In this document: positions 12,901 to 23,759 of the stretch, in pieces
Numbering within the stretch: position 1 is the stretch's first letter
Layout of the letters: each line of letters opens with the position of its first letter
Source of the DNA: Ruditapes philippinarum
Taxonomy: Eukaryota
Direction: 5' to 3'
DNA length: 64,000 nt
Assembly (NCBI RefSeq): GCF_026571515.1
Contig: NW_026852429.1
Span: forward strand, 1-64,000
Translations under genes and position numbers: made by a program
Notes under the pieces: model-generated
What the model was told of the DNA's origin: nothing
Database searches by the model: none
The model's input: only the letters and a program-made list of their open reading frames with translations

Positions 12901-13640
12901 GAATATTATAGTAAAGTCCAATAATGAAACCCCGGCTGTTAAAGATACCCAAAAAATTTTGTTTCCCTAATAAGAAAAAAAAACGTAAAAGTAGGGTTCC
13001 CCCGCTCATTCACTGAACCCAAATTTATTTTTTTTCAAAAGAAATGCATAAGGGAATGTAAATATAGAAGATCCCTTTGTCATTTTTCGGGTTTCCCCTT
13101 TTTTTCTATTTAATGGATAAATATAAAGTAAAATTTAAAAAATGGTTATTCCCTTTGGGGATCTTTTGGGGAATTTATTATAAACCCCTCAAAAATTAAA
13201 AAAGTATTGTAAATGTAGATGATCCCCCGGCCCCTTTTGTTTTCAAATTTAAATTTCTCAATGAATTTTAATTTGTATATGTACAATTTTAAATGCACCG
13301 GTATCTTAAAGTATCCCCTTTATATCGTTCAAGAAAATTCCCTTTTAAAATGATTTGCACATCTAACGATCCCTGGTCATCTTAAAGTGATTCCCCCTTT
13401 TTTTCTGATCAAAAAAAATATAGAATGAAAATTTTGATTTATTCCTGGAAAACTTACGTTTATTCCTTTTCCCCTTTCCCTTAAAAAAGAAAAAGGACGT
13501 GTAATCTGATGATGGCCCCGGTCACCCCCTGTCCAAAAGATACCCCCTTTTCAATTGAAAATTATTTTTTTGGTGTAAAAAGTAGATGATTTCCAAAAGG
13601 GCATTTAAATAACTGGGCCCTGCTGTTTTTGTTCAAAGAA
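9990..13640. repeat. Satellite array B: ~70-bp monomer, approx. CATCTAGATGATCCCCTGGTCATCTTACGTGATCCCCTATATCTGTTCAATGAATACTATAGTATATGTA
   Basis: tagatgatcccc-like anchors recur every ~67-85 bp (e.g. 10219, 10952, 11174, 12471, 12773, 13216, 13582). The consensus was estimated by eye. Confidence 0.75.
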
Positions 13641-15914
13641 AAGTATGTATAATTTCATGGGGGATTACCGGGGGTTTTGAGGTTGTATGTTTTAATGAAA
13701 ATATAGTTTCTGGTTTTTTTTAATTATTTTAAATATTAATTTTTTCAAAATTTAAAAAAGTATTACATTTATATGTATAATTTAGGATGTTCCTTTTTTT
13801 TCTCTAACCTTTTTAAAAATCTAATAGGGTTAAATATGCTGATTTAAAAATTTGGCATTTTGAATGAAAGACCATTTTGCAAGAATTTAAAAACTTTTAA
13901 AGCCTTTTTTTTTTTTTTATAAGAATTTTGTTAAAAATTTTTTAGGGGGATTTAAACATATGCAAATTAATAAGTGAAAATCAAACATTTTAAAGGGTTT
14001 TTAGCTTTTTTAAAAACATGATGATAACGGTTTTTAAAAAAATTACGTTTCTTTTTTAAAAGGGGGGGCTTTAAAGGAAAAATTTTACGCTTACTCCAAT
14101 CCCTTTTTCCCTTTTTCCCATGCAAATGACAAAAATATCCCGGGAAAAATGAATAACCCAGATAAAATTTTTTTAAACGTCCCCAAAAAGACCACAGGTA
14201 AAAATAGGGGTTTGGGGTTTTTTTGGCCCCGTTTGCTAAGGAGGGGCCATTTTTTTTTGCAAAAATCCAATTTAAAACTTCCCGTTTTTTTTTGGTTTGG
14301 GTTTTTTTTTTAAATAACCAAATTTATCTGGGGGCATTTTGCCTGCCCGGAATCCTCACCCCTATGGAAAAAATAATTAATGTCCCTTTTTTACCCTGAC
14401 TGGGGGGCTACCTGTTTTAAATTTACATACAGACTACACTTTAAAGGAAAAGGGAAAAAATGATTAATAAAATTCGCCTTCAACCCCGGCGGGGTTTTAA
14501 ATTCAAAAGGAAAATCCCATTTTTTTATTTGTACAAAAAGATTGATCAAACAAACCCCTACGATGACCCCCGGGGGCCCTTTTCCGGGTGGTCTTGTTTG
14601 GTGAAATATTTTAAAGGGGTATGCAGTATGTTCTGGGAAGTTTAAAACCCTGCCTTGGGCGATCTTTCCTTTTTATATTTGGTTTAATTTTTGATTTCTT
14701 TAATTTTTTTTGAAAATGTCACCTTTGTTTTCCCTTTTTTCAAAATTTGAAAGAACATTCATTTTTATGAACATTATTTTTTTTGTTTTGTTTTTTTTTC
14801 TTTAAAAAAGAACGACAGACGGAGAGGGCAAATAAAAGGGAAAATTATAGGGTTTTTTAAATTTTTTTCACATTTGATTAAATTTGGGCTCGTGGTTTAT
14901 TTGGAAAAACAAAAAAATGCACTGTTTTTGTATATGTTTAATAATTATTTCATAAAAGGGTAATTTTTTAAATAAAATTTCGCTCATTAAATGACAAAAA
15001 TTATTTTAAAAATTTCCCCAATAAAAGGGTGAAAAATTGTGCTAAAGGGGAAAAAGTTCGTATGGGGGAAACCCGGGTTTTTTGGGCTGGCGCAAAGGGA
15101 AAAAGAGCCCTGGATGAAAGACCCGGAAAAGTCAATTTGATTAGCATACCCCGTTTATTGGGGATAGAAACGATATAGGCTCAAACCCGCCCGTAAATCC
15201 TGCCCCCCCCCTTGCTAAGCTGTATCAACGCAGTCGGGGGATATATGGAAAGGGGGAGTGGAAAAGTTTCCGAAAAAAGCCCCTTTACATTAAATTTTGT
15301 TCCGTTAGGAATGAGAAGTACCAGGAAAAATTGGGGGTTTTGTAACTATTTATGAAGTTAAAGTTATTTTAAAAAGAAATAATTTTACTAGTATAATTTT
15401 AAAAGGCCCCCAACCCCCAATGTTGTAATTTTTGCCTTTTTTGAAAATCAAATGTACATTTTTCGGTTTTTACTTTAAATCTTTGGTATTTAATTTTATA
15501 AAAATTAAATTTGTTTTTTTGAAAAATTTAAAAAAACACAAAAATAAAAAAAATGAAAACAACATGGGTTACACAATAAAAATTTTTTTTTTTCTTCCCT
15601 TTTAAAAAAGGGTTTTTAAAATAAAATTTTAATGGTTTACTGGCTAACCCTTTTAATGGGCCAAAATTTTTGCGTTCTAACTTTATACAAAAAACATTGT
15701 ATTTTTTTTAAACCAGGGAAAATATTGGAAACAAAGATAAGTACACATTTTCCAGGGGGGGCTCCAGAGGTTTTTGGGGCTATTTTTTAGCGAAAAAAAT
15801 TTGGTAAAAAGTCGTTGTTAAAAAATTTTATTTGTGGGAAAAAATTCCTGGAATTATTTTGGGGGGAGAGTCTATTTTGATGTTTACCCTAAATTTAAAT
15901 CTTTGGGGAAAGTA

Positions 15915-16752
15915 TCAAAAAATGGAAGTTTTTTTTGCGTTCCTTGAGTACAAATTGTTCATGTTTTCTCGCTCTGCATGACGATGACTTTCAGATTGAT
16001 TATCGCCAGACCTGAAAACATTAAAACCGTCAAAATGGACTTGATTGTTTGGATCTGACTGGTTAACTTCGTGACTGCAATCACCTGACGATCGAAGTTC
16101 TCGGTGTTCTTTTATTTTATTTGATGTACCGATGTAAGAGACGTTTTGATCTTCTGTGTGAACTGAAAGTCGATTTGCATTTTTGTTTAAATATTCGGTA
16201 TCGCGAGATATATTTTCACGTTCAAATACTGATGCAGTTATCCGTTTTTTGATTGGTTTTGGTATTCTTCCGGATTCTTTTACAGGTGACGTCTTTTTAG
16301 ATTTCTTAGGCGATTTACCTTGTTGTTGTTTTAAACTTTTTCCACTTTTTAGTTCTTTAAATGTGTTTATTGTCGTTTTGTGAGAGCCAATATTTGTAAA
16401 ATCTCCGAGAACCCTTCTTTTCTTTGGAATGTTCATTATTGAAGAATCTTTGACCGTATTAACCAAACCATCAACACGTTTGGCATTTGTACCATTTTCG
16501 TTCGGTTCATGATTCATGTCCGTGTTTTCGATATCCTGCATGGGTGAATGTAAACCCCGACCATCTGTTGAATGTCTTTCACTTATTTGAATAATTTTAG
16601 CATCGCTGTTATCAAATCGCTCATGAGATAATTGAGTTTGAAGCGTCGATTTTGCTTGGTTTTCATTGAATGGAACATATGATACTCTACTATCCATTAC
16701 ACAGGGAATTTCACTACCTCCAGTATTAGATAGCGCACTTTGTAATACGTTT
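15915..16752 (-). CDS. HES paralogue A exon 3, continuation after a +1 frameshift
   Basis: Frame open from ~16752 (NVLQSALSNTGGSEIPCVMDSRV...), overlapping the upstream ORF end; similar N/S/E-rich composition. Confidence 0.7.
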
Positions 16753-19313
16753 CATATTTGTATATATGTCATTTTCCTCCTTTGATTCTTGAACATTTAG
16801 CGCCCCTACGGCTTCGTTTTCAGTTCTTTGAACAATCGGCCAAAGTATAAAAGCTGGATTGTCCCCCTCGTTTGGCAAACTTTCATGCACTTTGTTGGCC
16901 TCTCCATGAATACTGAATAATCCATCATGCAACGCTGTATACATAGGATAATGATAATTTTTATTGTTATTTACAACATTTCCCAACACTGTGTATGAAG
17001 CATCTCCGTCAGTAACTGAGTTCAGAATTTCACTTTGCGGAGCGAGGTATCCGGTACAAGATGTTTCGGTAACATTTTTGGTATTCAGACTATGTTCCAT
17101 GTTACACACATTGTTCTGTAACATTGCGTTTGAGTAAGCATACGTATTAGTGTCAACATTACACATTTCATTTGTACTTATGGAATTGACCTCGACGTTT
17201 TCATTACGTTCATTTATACCGGGATCTATATCTTGCCGTTTACTTTTATTACGGAAATCGTCAGTTGACGCAACACTCACGAGATGTTCCAATAGCCTCG
17301 TTTTGATACTGTCGTCTGGAACATCAGTATCAGGTAAAGCACGCATGCATTCAGCCACGTGCGAGGTGCACTCATTGAACCCTGATGTATACTGTAAACC
17401 ATCAAAGACGATGGCATTGTTACCAGGCATTAACTGAGAATTGGCGGGAGATGTGCTCTGGAAGTGTTGCATCTTATGTATGTATTCCACGGTCATTTCT
17501 AGAATATCTGCTTTCTCCAATTTTGACATCATTGTGGACTGAAGGTAAAGAACATGTAGTTTAGAACTTAAGATAACATAGTTGCAATAAACATGTTAAA
17601 AGTAATGTACATGCAGAAAGAAAAAATCTTATTTTCGGCTGCTCATTCTGTATACTTATTTACGATAAGCCTTCGTAAATTTAACTGGTACGAATTATTA
17701 ACATTACATAATAAAGTAGCGGACCAGATTAAGTCATAAAAGGTGTCTATTGAGAGAGTGAATATATCTTGCGGGATACTTTTCTTTTCATTTTTATGAA
17801 ATACTTGATATAAAACGAGTTAGCGGCGGACAAAAAGAACAGGCTTAGCACTGCTGTTACTACTTAGGTCTTTGTAGATAGGTAGTCGCTTATTACAGAT
17901 ATACCCAAAGTGATCTACAGTTGTACATGGAGGTATGTTCAAACTGACTGAAAGTGTTTTTCTTTTCATATGCATACTGCATAAGATAGAAAAATGAACA
18001 CGAGATATACGTGCACAACTCACCTCATTGTTAATACTTTGTAAGACTATTGATTTGAGCTGCAGAAGAGCATCGTTTATTCGTGCACGTCTTTTTCTCT
18101 CTGCGAGTGGTTTGTCAACCTGAAGCAGAAAAATGTAAAAATAATTAAAGCCTGTATATTATATGAGCCGCGTCACGACAAAACCAACATAATGGGTTTG
18201 CGACCAGCATGGATCCAGACCAGCCTGCGCGGATGCGCAGGCTGGTCTGGATCCATGCCGGTCGCAAACGCACTATGTTGGCTTTGTCATGACGCGACTC
18301 ATATGTTTTATTAAAACGTCGCTTAATCGGCATCAAACGATACCCACAGTCTCGGATGGTATTCTACCATGGTTGGCTCTGCCTGTTTAATGTGAACTTC
18401 TCACAATGAAAGTAAAACTTCAACAAAACGGGGTTGTAGAGGTCAAAGAAGTACACTTTATTCATCACTACTAAATAAGTAATAAAGGCCAGTCAGTGGA
18501 ATGTACCAATCTCTAGCTTTCACCGTCAACTTTATATTAGTACATTTAACAGATTTTTAAATTATTTCTTTAATACTTTTTAAACATCTAAATTGCCATT
18601 TTGCTAGGACTTTATATTAGTACATTAACTTGGACAATGGTCACTGGTAAATCACCCAAATTCTCAAATGTAAGAAATACTATCTTGTATTTTGAAGGAA
18701 AACAAAACAAACAAAAAAACGAAAAAGCTTTGTTCAATAAAACTAATTTTATTAAGAAAAATTACGCATTGAATGAATGTTTAAAAAGCAGAGTTGAAAT
18801 ATAAAGTTTCATCTTTGATTCATTTACAATGAAATTGTCTTTCTATAACTTTGNNNNNNNNNNNNNNNNNNNNNNNNNNNNNNNNNNNNNNNNNNNNNNN
18901 NNNNNNNNNNNNNNNNNNNNNNNNNNNNNNNNNNNNNNNNNNNNNNNNNNNNNNNNNNNNNNNNNNNNNNNNNNNNNNNNNNNNNNNNNNNNNNNNNNNN
19001 NNNNNNNNNNNNNNNNNNNNNNNNNNNNNNNNNNNNNNNNNNNNNNNNNNNNNTCACTCCATCCACCATCATTATCATCATCATCACCATCATCATCACC
19101 TCATTTCTATTTTAAACCTACCACCACCACCACCAAAATTACATAATTATCAGTGGTCGGTTGATACATCAAACACAATATATCATTTAACAACAATCTG
19201 TTCTTCTAAGATGCATTAAACTAAATCATTTATGTATTTTTGTTTAAACAAAATTTTGTAAGAAAATGTCGCTGACTTACCTTAGCTTTAGCTTTTCTCT
19301 TGCCATGATCCAT
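15915..19313 (-). CDS. HES: Divergent long HES/hairy-family bHLH-Orange transcription factor (paralogue A), 3 exons, frameshifted in this assembly
   Basis: Exon 1 19313-19281 (MDHGKRKAKAK); exon 2 18119-18024 (96 nt, VDKPLAERKRRARINDALLQLKSIVLQSINNE); exon 3 from 17538 ([20 protein letters not shown]... Orange YTSGFNECTSHVAECM...IKTRLLEHL) to a stop at 16726, continuing in the +1 frame to 15915. Confidence 0.88.
16726..17538 (-). CDS. HES: HES paralogue A exon 3, 5' part (helix 2 + Orange + N-rich region)
   Basis: cttcag| acceptor; [12 protein letters not shown]; 270 codons to TAA. Confidence 0.9.
   Translation of the reverse strand, partial: STMMSKLEKADILEMTVEYIHKMQHFQSTSPANSQLMPGNNAIVFDGLQYTSGFNECTSHVAECMRALPDTDVPDDSIKTRLLEHLVSVASTDDFRNKSKRQDIDPGINERNENVEVNSISTNEMCNVDTNTYAYSNAMLQNNVCNMEHSLNTKNVTETSCTGYLAPQSEILNSVTDGDASYTVLGNVVNNNKNYHYPMYTALHDGLFSIHGEANKVHESLPNEGDNPAFILWPIVQRTENEAVGALNVQESKEENDIYTNMKRITKCAI
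18024..18119 (-). CDS. HES: HES paralogue A exon 2 (basic region + helix 1)
   Basis: cttcag| acceptor, |gtgagt donor, 96 nt as in the second HES gene. Confidence 0.92.
18161..18304. mobile_element. Palindromic MITE (internally deleted copy) in HES-A intron 1
   Basis: Near-perfect 144-bp fold-back atatgagccgcgtcacgacaaaacc...cagcctgcgc-ggat-gcgcaggctg...gacgcgactcatat; same family as 42146-42374. Confidence 0.85.
18854..19053. other. Assembly gap (200 N) in HES-A intron 1
   Basis: N run. Confidence 1.
19054..19134 (+). repeat. (CAT)n/(CAC)n microsatellite
   Basis: catcatcatcaccatcatcatcacc...caccaccaccacc adjoining the gap. Confidence 0.85.
19281..19313 (-). CDS. HES: HES paralogue A exon 1
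   Basis: ATG at 19313, AAG|gtaagt donor, phase 0, basic residues. Confidence 0.8.
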
Positions 19314-19397
19314 TCTTGATTAAAATGATATTTATTATACACAACTATACATAACAGTAAGCAAAACAAATAATCGAAATTTAACCATCTTTCACCT

Positions 19398-19532
19398 CTC
19401 GTGCTGTCGGGCGCTTTTGAACAAGAGTGTATCAGCTGTACCTAATATATACATTTTTTTCTATCATTTTTGTTTTTCATGGACCAGTAATTTAGTCGCG
19501 TGCCTTGTAGGCAGACAAAGACGCCTTTGATG
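19398..19532 (-). promoter_or_regulatory. Putative HES-A proximal promoter: N-box, TATA-like, class-C site, TCF site
   Basis: CACGAG 19398-19403, TATATATT 19444-19451 and GGCACGCG 19497-19504 on the minus strand; CCTTTGATG 19524-19532 on the plus strand. Confidence 0.45.
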
Positions 19533-20074
19533 TTTTAAATTATAATATACCAAAACAGGGTAAGCGTATGTGATGAATAAAGACATTAAAGTTTTTCGAA
19601 GGCGCTAAAATCATAAGCGGAAACTGAAATATAAGGTAAATCTGAAGTGTTCCCCTCTTTCATTGCGTGAAAAGTAAATTGAGATGAAATATTGTGATAG
19701 CAGGTGATCCGAACCACTTCATCAACACGTTATTTAGAGAGACAGTTTTACGTTGGTTAACTTTATTGGATTATGTAGGATAGATAAGCAACATAAGAGC
19801 TTTGTTATTTGATATCTAATAAATCGAAAAAAATATTATTTTACATTGATTACGATGTGTTTGTATAAAATCCTATATTTTTGTTTGATATAGTTATTCA
19901 GAATTCATTTCATTTAAAATTATTCTAAAGATCAACAAAATTTGTGCCTATATTATCCATTAACACCTTTTAAAAATTCATTCAATAAATTTGTGTCTTA
20001 AATCAAAAATTATTTCTTTCGGTCAATTTTCTTCCTATTTTTTTACCATATATCCTCTTGACTTCTTATGATTA

Positions 20075-20440
20075 CTATGTTTCCGCATGGTTTCATTCGT
20101 TTCCCGATGATTTCCTGTTTTCTCATGCATCCCTATGTTTTTCTCATTGTCCCCTATTTTCCGCAGGATACCCTACGTTTCCCATGTTTCCCAACGTTTC
20201 TTTTGTTTCCTCGTGGTTCTTTACCCTATGGTTCCCTATGTTCTCTACGGTTCCCCTTGTTTCCACACGGTTCCTTATGTTTTCTATGGGTCCGTTTGTT
20301 TCCGCATTGGTTTCCCATGGTTTCCTATGTTTCACATAGTTCCCTATATTTTTAAATGGTTCCCCTTGTTTACCTTGGCTCCCTGTGTTCTGCATGGTTC
20401 CCTATGTGCACCATGATTATATTTGTTTCCCATGGTTCGA
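20075..20440 (+). repeat. Degenerate ~20-21-bp minisatellite (atggttccctatgtttccgc-like)
   Basis: Recurring atggttccc...tgtttcc; explains several spurious overlapping ORFs. Confidence 0.85.
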
Positions 20441-21799
20441 TATCCTCATAGACATCCACGGCCCCTCCTGTTCATGTAATTATGGAACTACCTATCATAT
20501 CCCCTATCTGTCCTGTCCTACCTTGTTATTGCGCCAAAATAGAGGGAAATACTGTGACATCATTTTGGTTTGCGTAGGACGAATTTTCGCGTACATGTAT
20601 TTTGCGTTAAGAACAAGCGCTTATATAAAACCTTACAGTTCGTCGAGTTATGAGTTTAGTACATGTCCAATATCTATGCAAATGAAATTGATTCTCAGCT
20701 TTTACAATAAAACATTTGTTTTTATAGTTTATCACTAATCAAACTAAACTAAAAACTAAGTATTCCCTACTAGCTAGTGGTGGGGAGGGGGTATTAAGGG
20801 GCTATTTGTCACCTCTATGTCGCCACAGGGCTGGGTTTCTAGTGGAAATTGACTCTATTCATCGGCGTTATGGCATGATACAACTAGATGGTGCATTAGA
20901 CATATACAACTGCCATTATACTAGTTGTTATTGCATTTTGCAAACGAAATTGCAATGCGAACATTTAGTAAAAAGAACAACTCGAAATATCCACTTTTTG
21001 TGAATGAGATGCTGCAAACTTGCAACATAATATTTTTTCGGTGAATACTTCAAAGTGTGTTTGTAAATATCACAACCTTTCTTATTTTGTAGATAGTAAT
21101 ATACAAACTCATCCAGAAAATTTGTTGATTTTTTGGGTATTGTAGAAGCTGTACAACACTTAAACGTGTAATATTGTAAACATACAGACACATGGACACA
21201 CAGCGTTCTCCAGATAAAAGCTGGTCAAACATTGCAACACTTAAAAACGGCATAAGAATCTATTTGTGTCCATTTTTAAATTTATTTTTGATCATTTAAG
21301 GAAAATAAATACAAATTATACGTTATCAGATATAAATTATATTCACTCGGTAGTCCCCAGTTATGGCTACGTTTTACTTAATGTTAATGATAAAGTAATT
21401 GTTTTTGAATGGGAATTTTCATGACATGTCAATGAATATCGTTTTAGTAATCTTAGTAATCTTAGTAAGCTATATCAAAGTATGTTGTTACCACTTGTTG
21501 AAGTTATATCTTGTTAATGTACATTGATTATATTGACACAATAATTGAGTATATTATGTACCACCATGGACCCGATAAAATCTCGGTTCTAAATAAAGCA
21601 TTTAGTTCTTAATTCAACAAAAAAAGTGAACTAGTTTTATTTTCTTTCATATCTTATTATGGTTTTATTTTACACTATTTTCATCCATAAAATATATAAT
21701 TCTGAATACTTTATACTGAGATTTCAAAATGAACACTCTGTATTTAGGTACAGTACTTCGTAAATGTGTAATAATAACAATTTTTTATCTAACACTTGC

Positions 21800-22096
21800 C
21801 TAACGTGACGATGAACCAGATTATTAAGTGTCACAATGAATTAAACAGAGCACAGTTCAGCTACTGTTGCCATCCCCGTTCCTGGACAAGATGTAAAGCA
21901 GTTTACCAGTACTAGATGCCTTCACTTTCGCAAAGGTCCGCTAGTTACTTCTGTACATGCCAGAGCAGATCTACAATGCAAATGACCACATAAAGAATTT
22001 CATAATCAATTACAATGTACAACGAAACCGTCCGGGATCGAACCTGGATCGCCCGATTCATTGTCCAGCGCTCTTACAATTTTGCTGACCGTGCGG
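21800..22096 (-). mobile_element. tRNA-derived SINE
   Basis: Minus-strand tRNA-like head with B-box GGTTCGATCC (22035-22044); body gttcctgg...gcagtttaccagtac shared with ~63105-63160 and ~28660-28690. Confidence 0.6.
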
Positions 22097-23759
22097 TGAT
22101 GAGGTCGGTGGTTTTATTATATTGCGCCCCTTTCTGCAAATAATGGTATTAAGTCGAAAATTGACCCATTTTTCCATTTATGAATAAAAAAGTAAACAAA
22201 ATATTTATTATATATATTTGAAATTACAATGTACTACTTTATTCATTTTTAAAGTGTTTTTCAACTTTTTTAAAATTCACATTGTAAACGAAGAAGTTTG
22301 AATTTGAATAGTTAAACAGCTGTCGTTTTCTCCCCACATGTTACCTAGTTAATATACATAACATATGTTATACGTATGCACGTATCTTGTATGTAAAATA
22401 TATAAAATTGTTTAATAATTGCCTCAATTTCTCTAGCGCGTGGCAAGCACGCGCCGGACTCGACAAATAGGATTGGTTGAATCGTCTCCGCATTTTTAAT
22501 TCACCTGTAGAGAGAATTTTATCTACTGACATATGAAAATAGATGGGTCTGATAAAGTCACCCTCTGTTGCCCATAAATGACAAAAAATACCCAAATCTA
22601 CATCATATTAACTGCCTTTTATACCTAATTTAATATACTATCACCTCACGTATCTTCGGAATACCTAGACTTTTTACGTCTGACCAACCAGCTGGTTCAT
22701 CTGCTTCAACGGAAAATTCGAAACCATTCAATCAGAAAACGCGGCCTTTTTGAATTGAAACTTTCAAAATACCTTTGTTTATACATACATTATTTACCAT
22801 ATGTCGCTTCATACTGTATTCTACAGGTTGAAGTCGGGAGAACGTTTTGACAAATGACACCCGTTATGGGAGATTTATTCATTGTAAACGAAAAATAACC
22901 TATTTTACACCGTACAAAAAAGGCTTTAAATTTTAAGTGGGTTTAAAAGAGGCTGCACTTTTTTAAGCTATTAAGGCCGAGTGTCAAGTTTCAAGGGGAT
23001 TCAAATGTCTGTTGCTAAAAAAGGTAACGTCTGTTATCCAATGGTATAATAGTTTGGTATAAACTGTCATATATAGAAAAAGTACAAAGCTTCCAATTTA
23101 CAGAATATTACAGCCAGTGCAATGTGCAGTTACGCTATAACGTTAGCCTTTTTATGCGGCAAAGATATACAGTTGCAAGGCCACTTAATAATTTTTGTTT
23201 TCATGAAAACACTTTCGCGGACAAATATTCTAACTTGCAAGTATTTACATTGGCAAACATACATAAGGAGAATGAGAAGTAAATCGACTTTTTTTCTCTC
23301 GCGGAAATGATAATTGTATGTCTTTTTATGAAGCAACATCTTGCAACTTTCGGAATACCCCATAACTTATTTTTGCAGTCTGATATCTATATATAAAATA
23401 AATTGTAGCAAGATATCAAGAAATTTATATCTGGTTTCACGAAATTCTATTTTACATGTATATATATTCAGGAAGGAAAGTTGTCTTGTATAAGTAATAA
23501 TTACTAATTAGCTTTTTTTATGTTTTTTTTTTATGTTTTATGATACATTAATGTTAAAACCCTTAATCATCATCGCAGAAACCTACATAGGTTTTCATGT
23601 TAATTGAGATTTAATTGCTAGCGTATTTATGCCACCGTATACATAAACATTTTTTTGTAAATGTTCTACTTTGTTTGCAACTGTGCTATGGACATCTGAA
23701 CTGACCGTGCATAGTTTAAAAGATATCAATCCAAATGTAAGACTTGATTATCTTTTCTT

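Larger units (their letters stand above)
5950..15940. other. Low-fidelity, homopolymer-inflated segment (probable unpolished long-read fill)
   Basis: Abrupt excess of A/T/C/G runs; satellite copies differ mainly by run expansion; clean sequence on both sides. Confidence 0.75.

Noticed and set aside
7850-13640. Regularly spaced repeats resembling a CRISPR array
   Set aside because: Whole units repeat (no unique spacers), no cas genes, and the context is eukaryotic
6304-14645. F/K/P/G-rich short ORFs in the ORF track
   Set aside because: Products of homopolymer runs in the low-fidelity/satellite block
18824-19219. Poly-His / poly-Met ORFs
   Set aside because: They span an N gap and a (CAT)n microsatellite in an intron
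20058-20416. Four overlapping ORFs
   Set aside because: Stop-poor minisatellite
22028-22096. Second tRNA gene
   Set aside because: B-box present but no intact cloverleaf, and attached to a repeated body, so it is a SINE head
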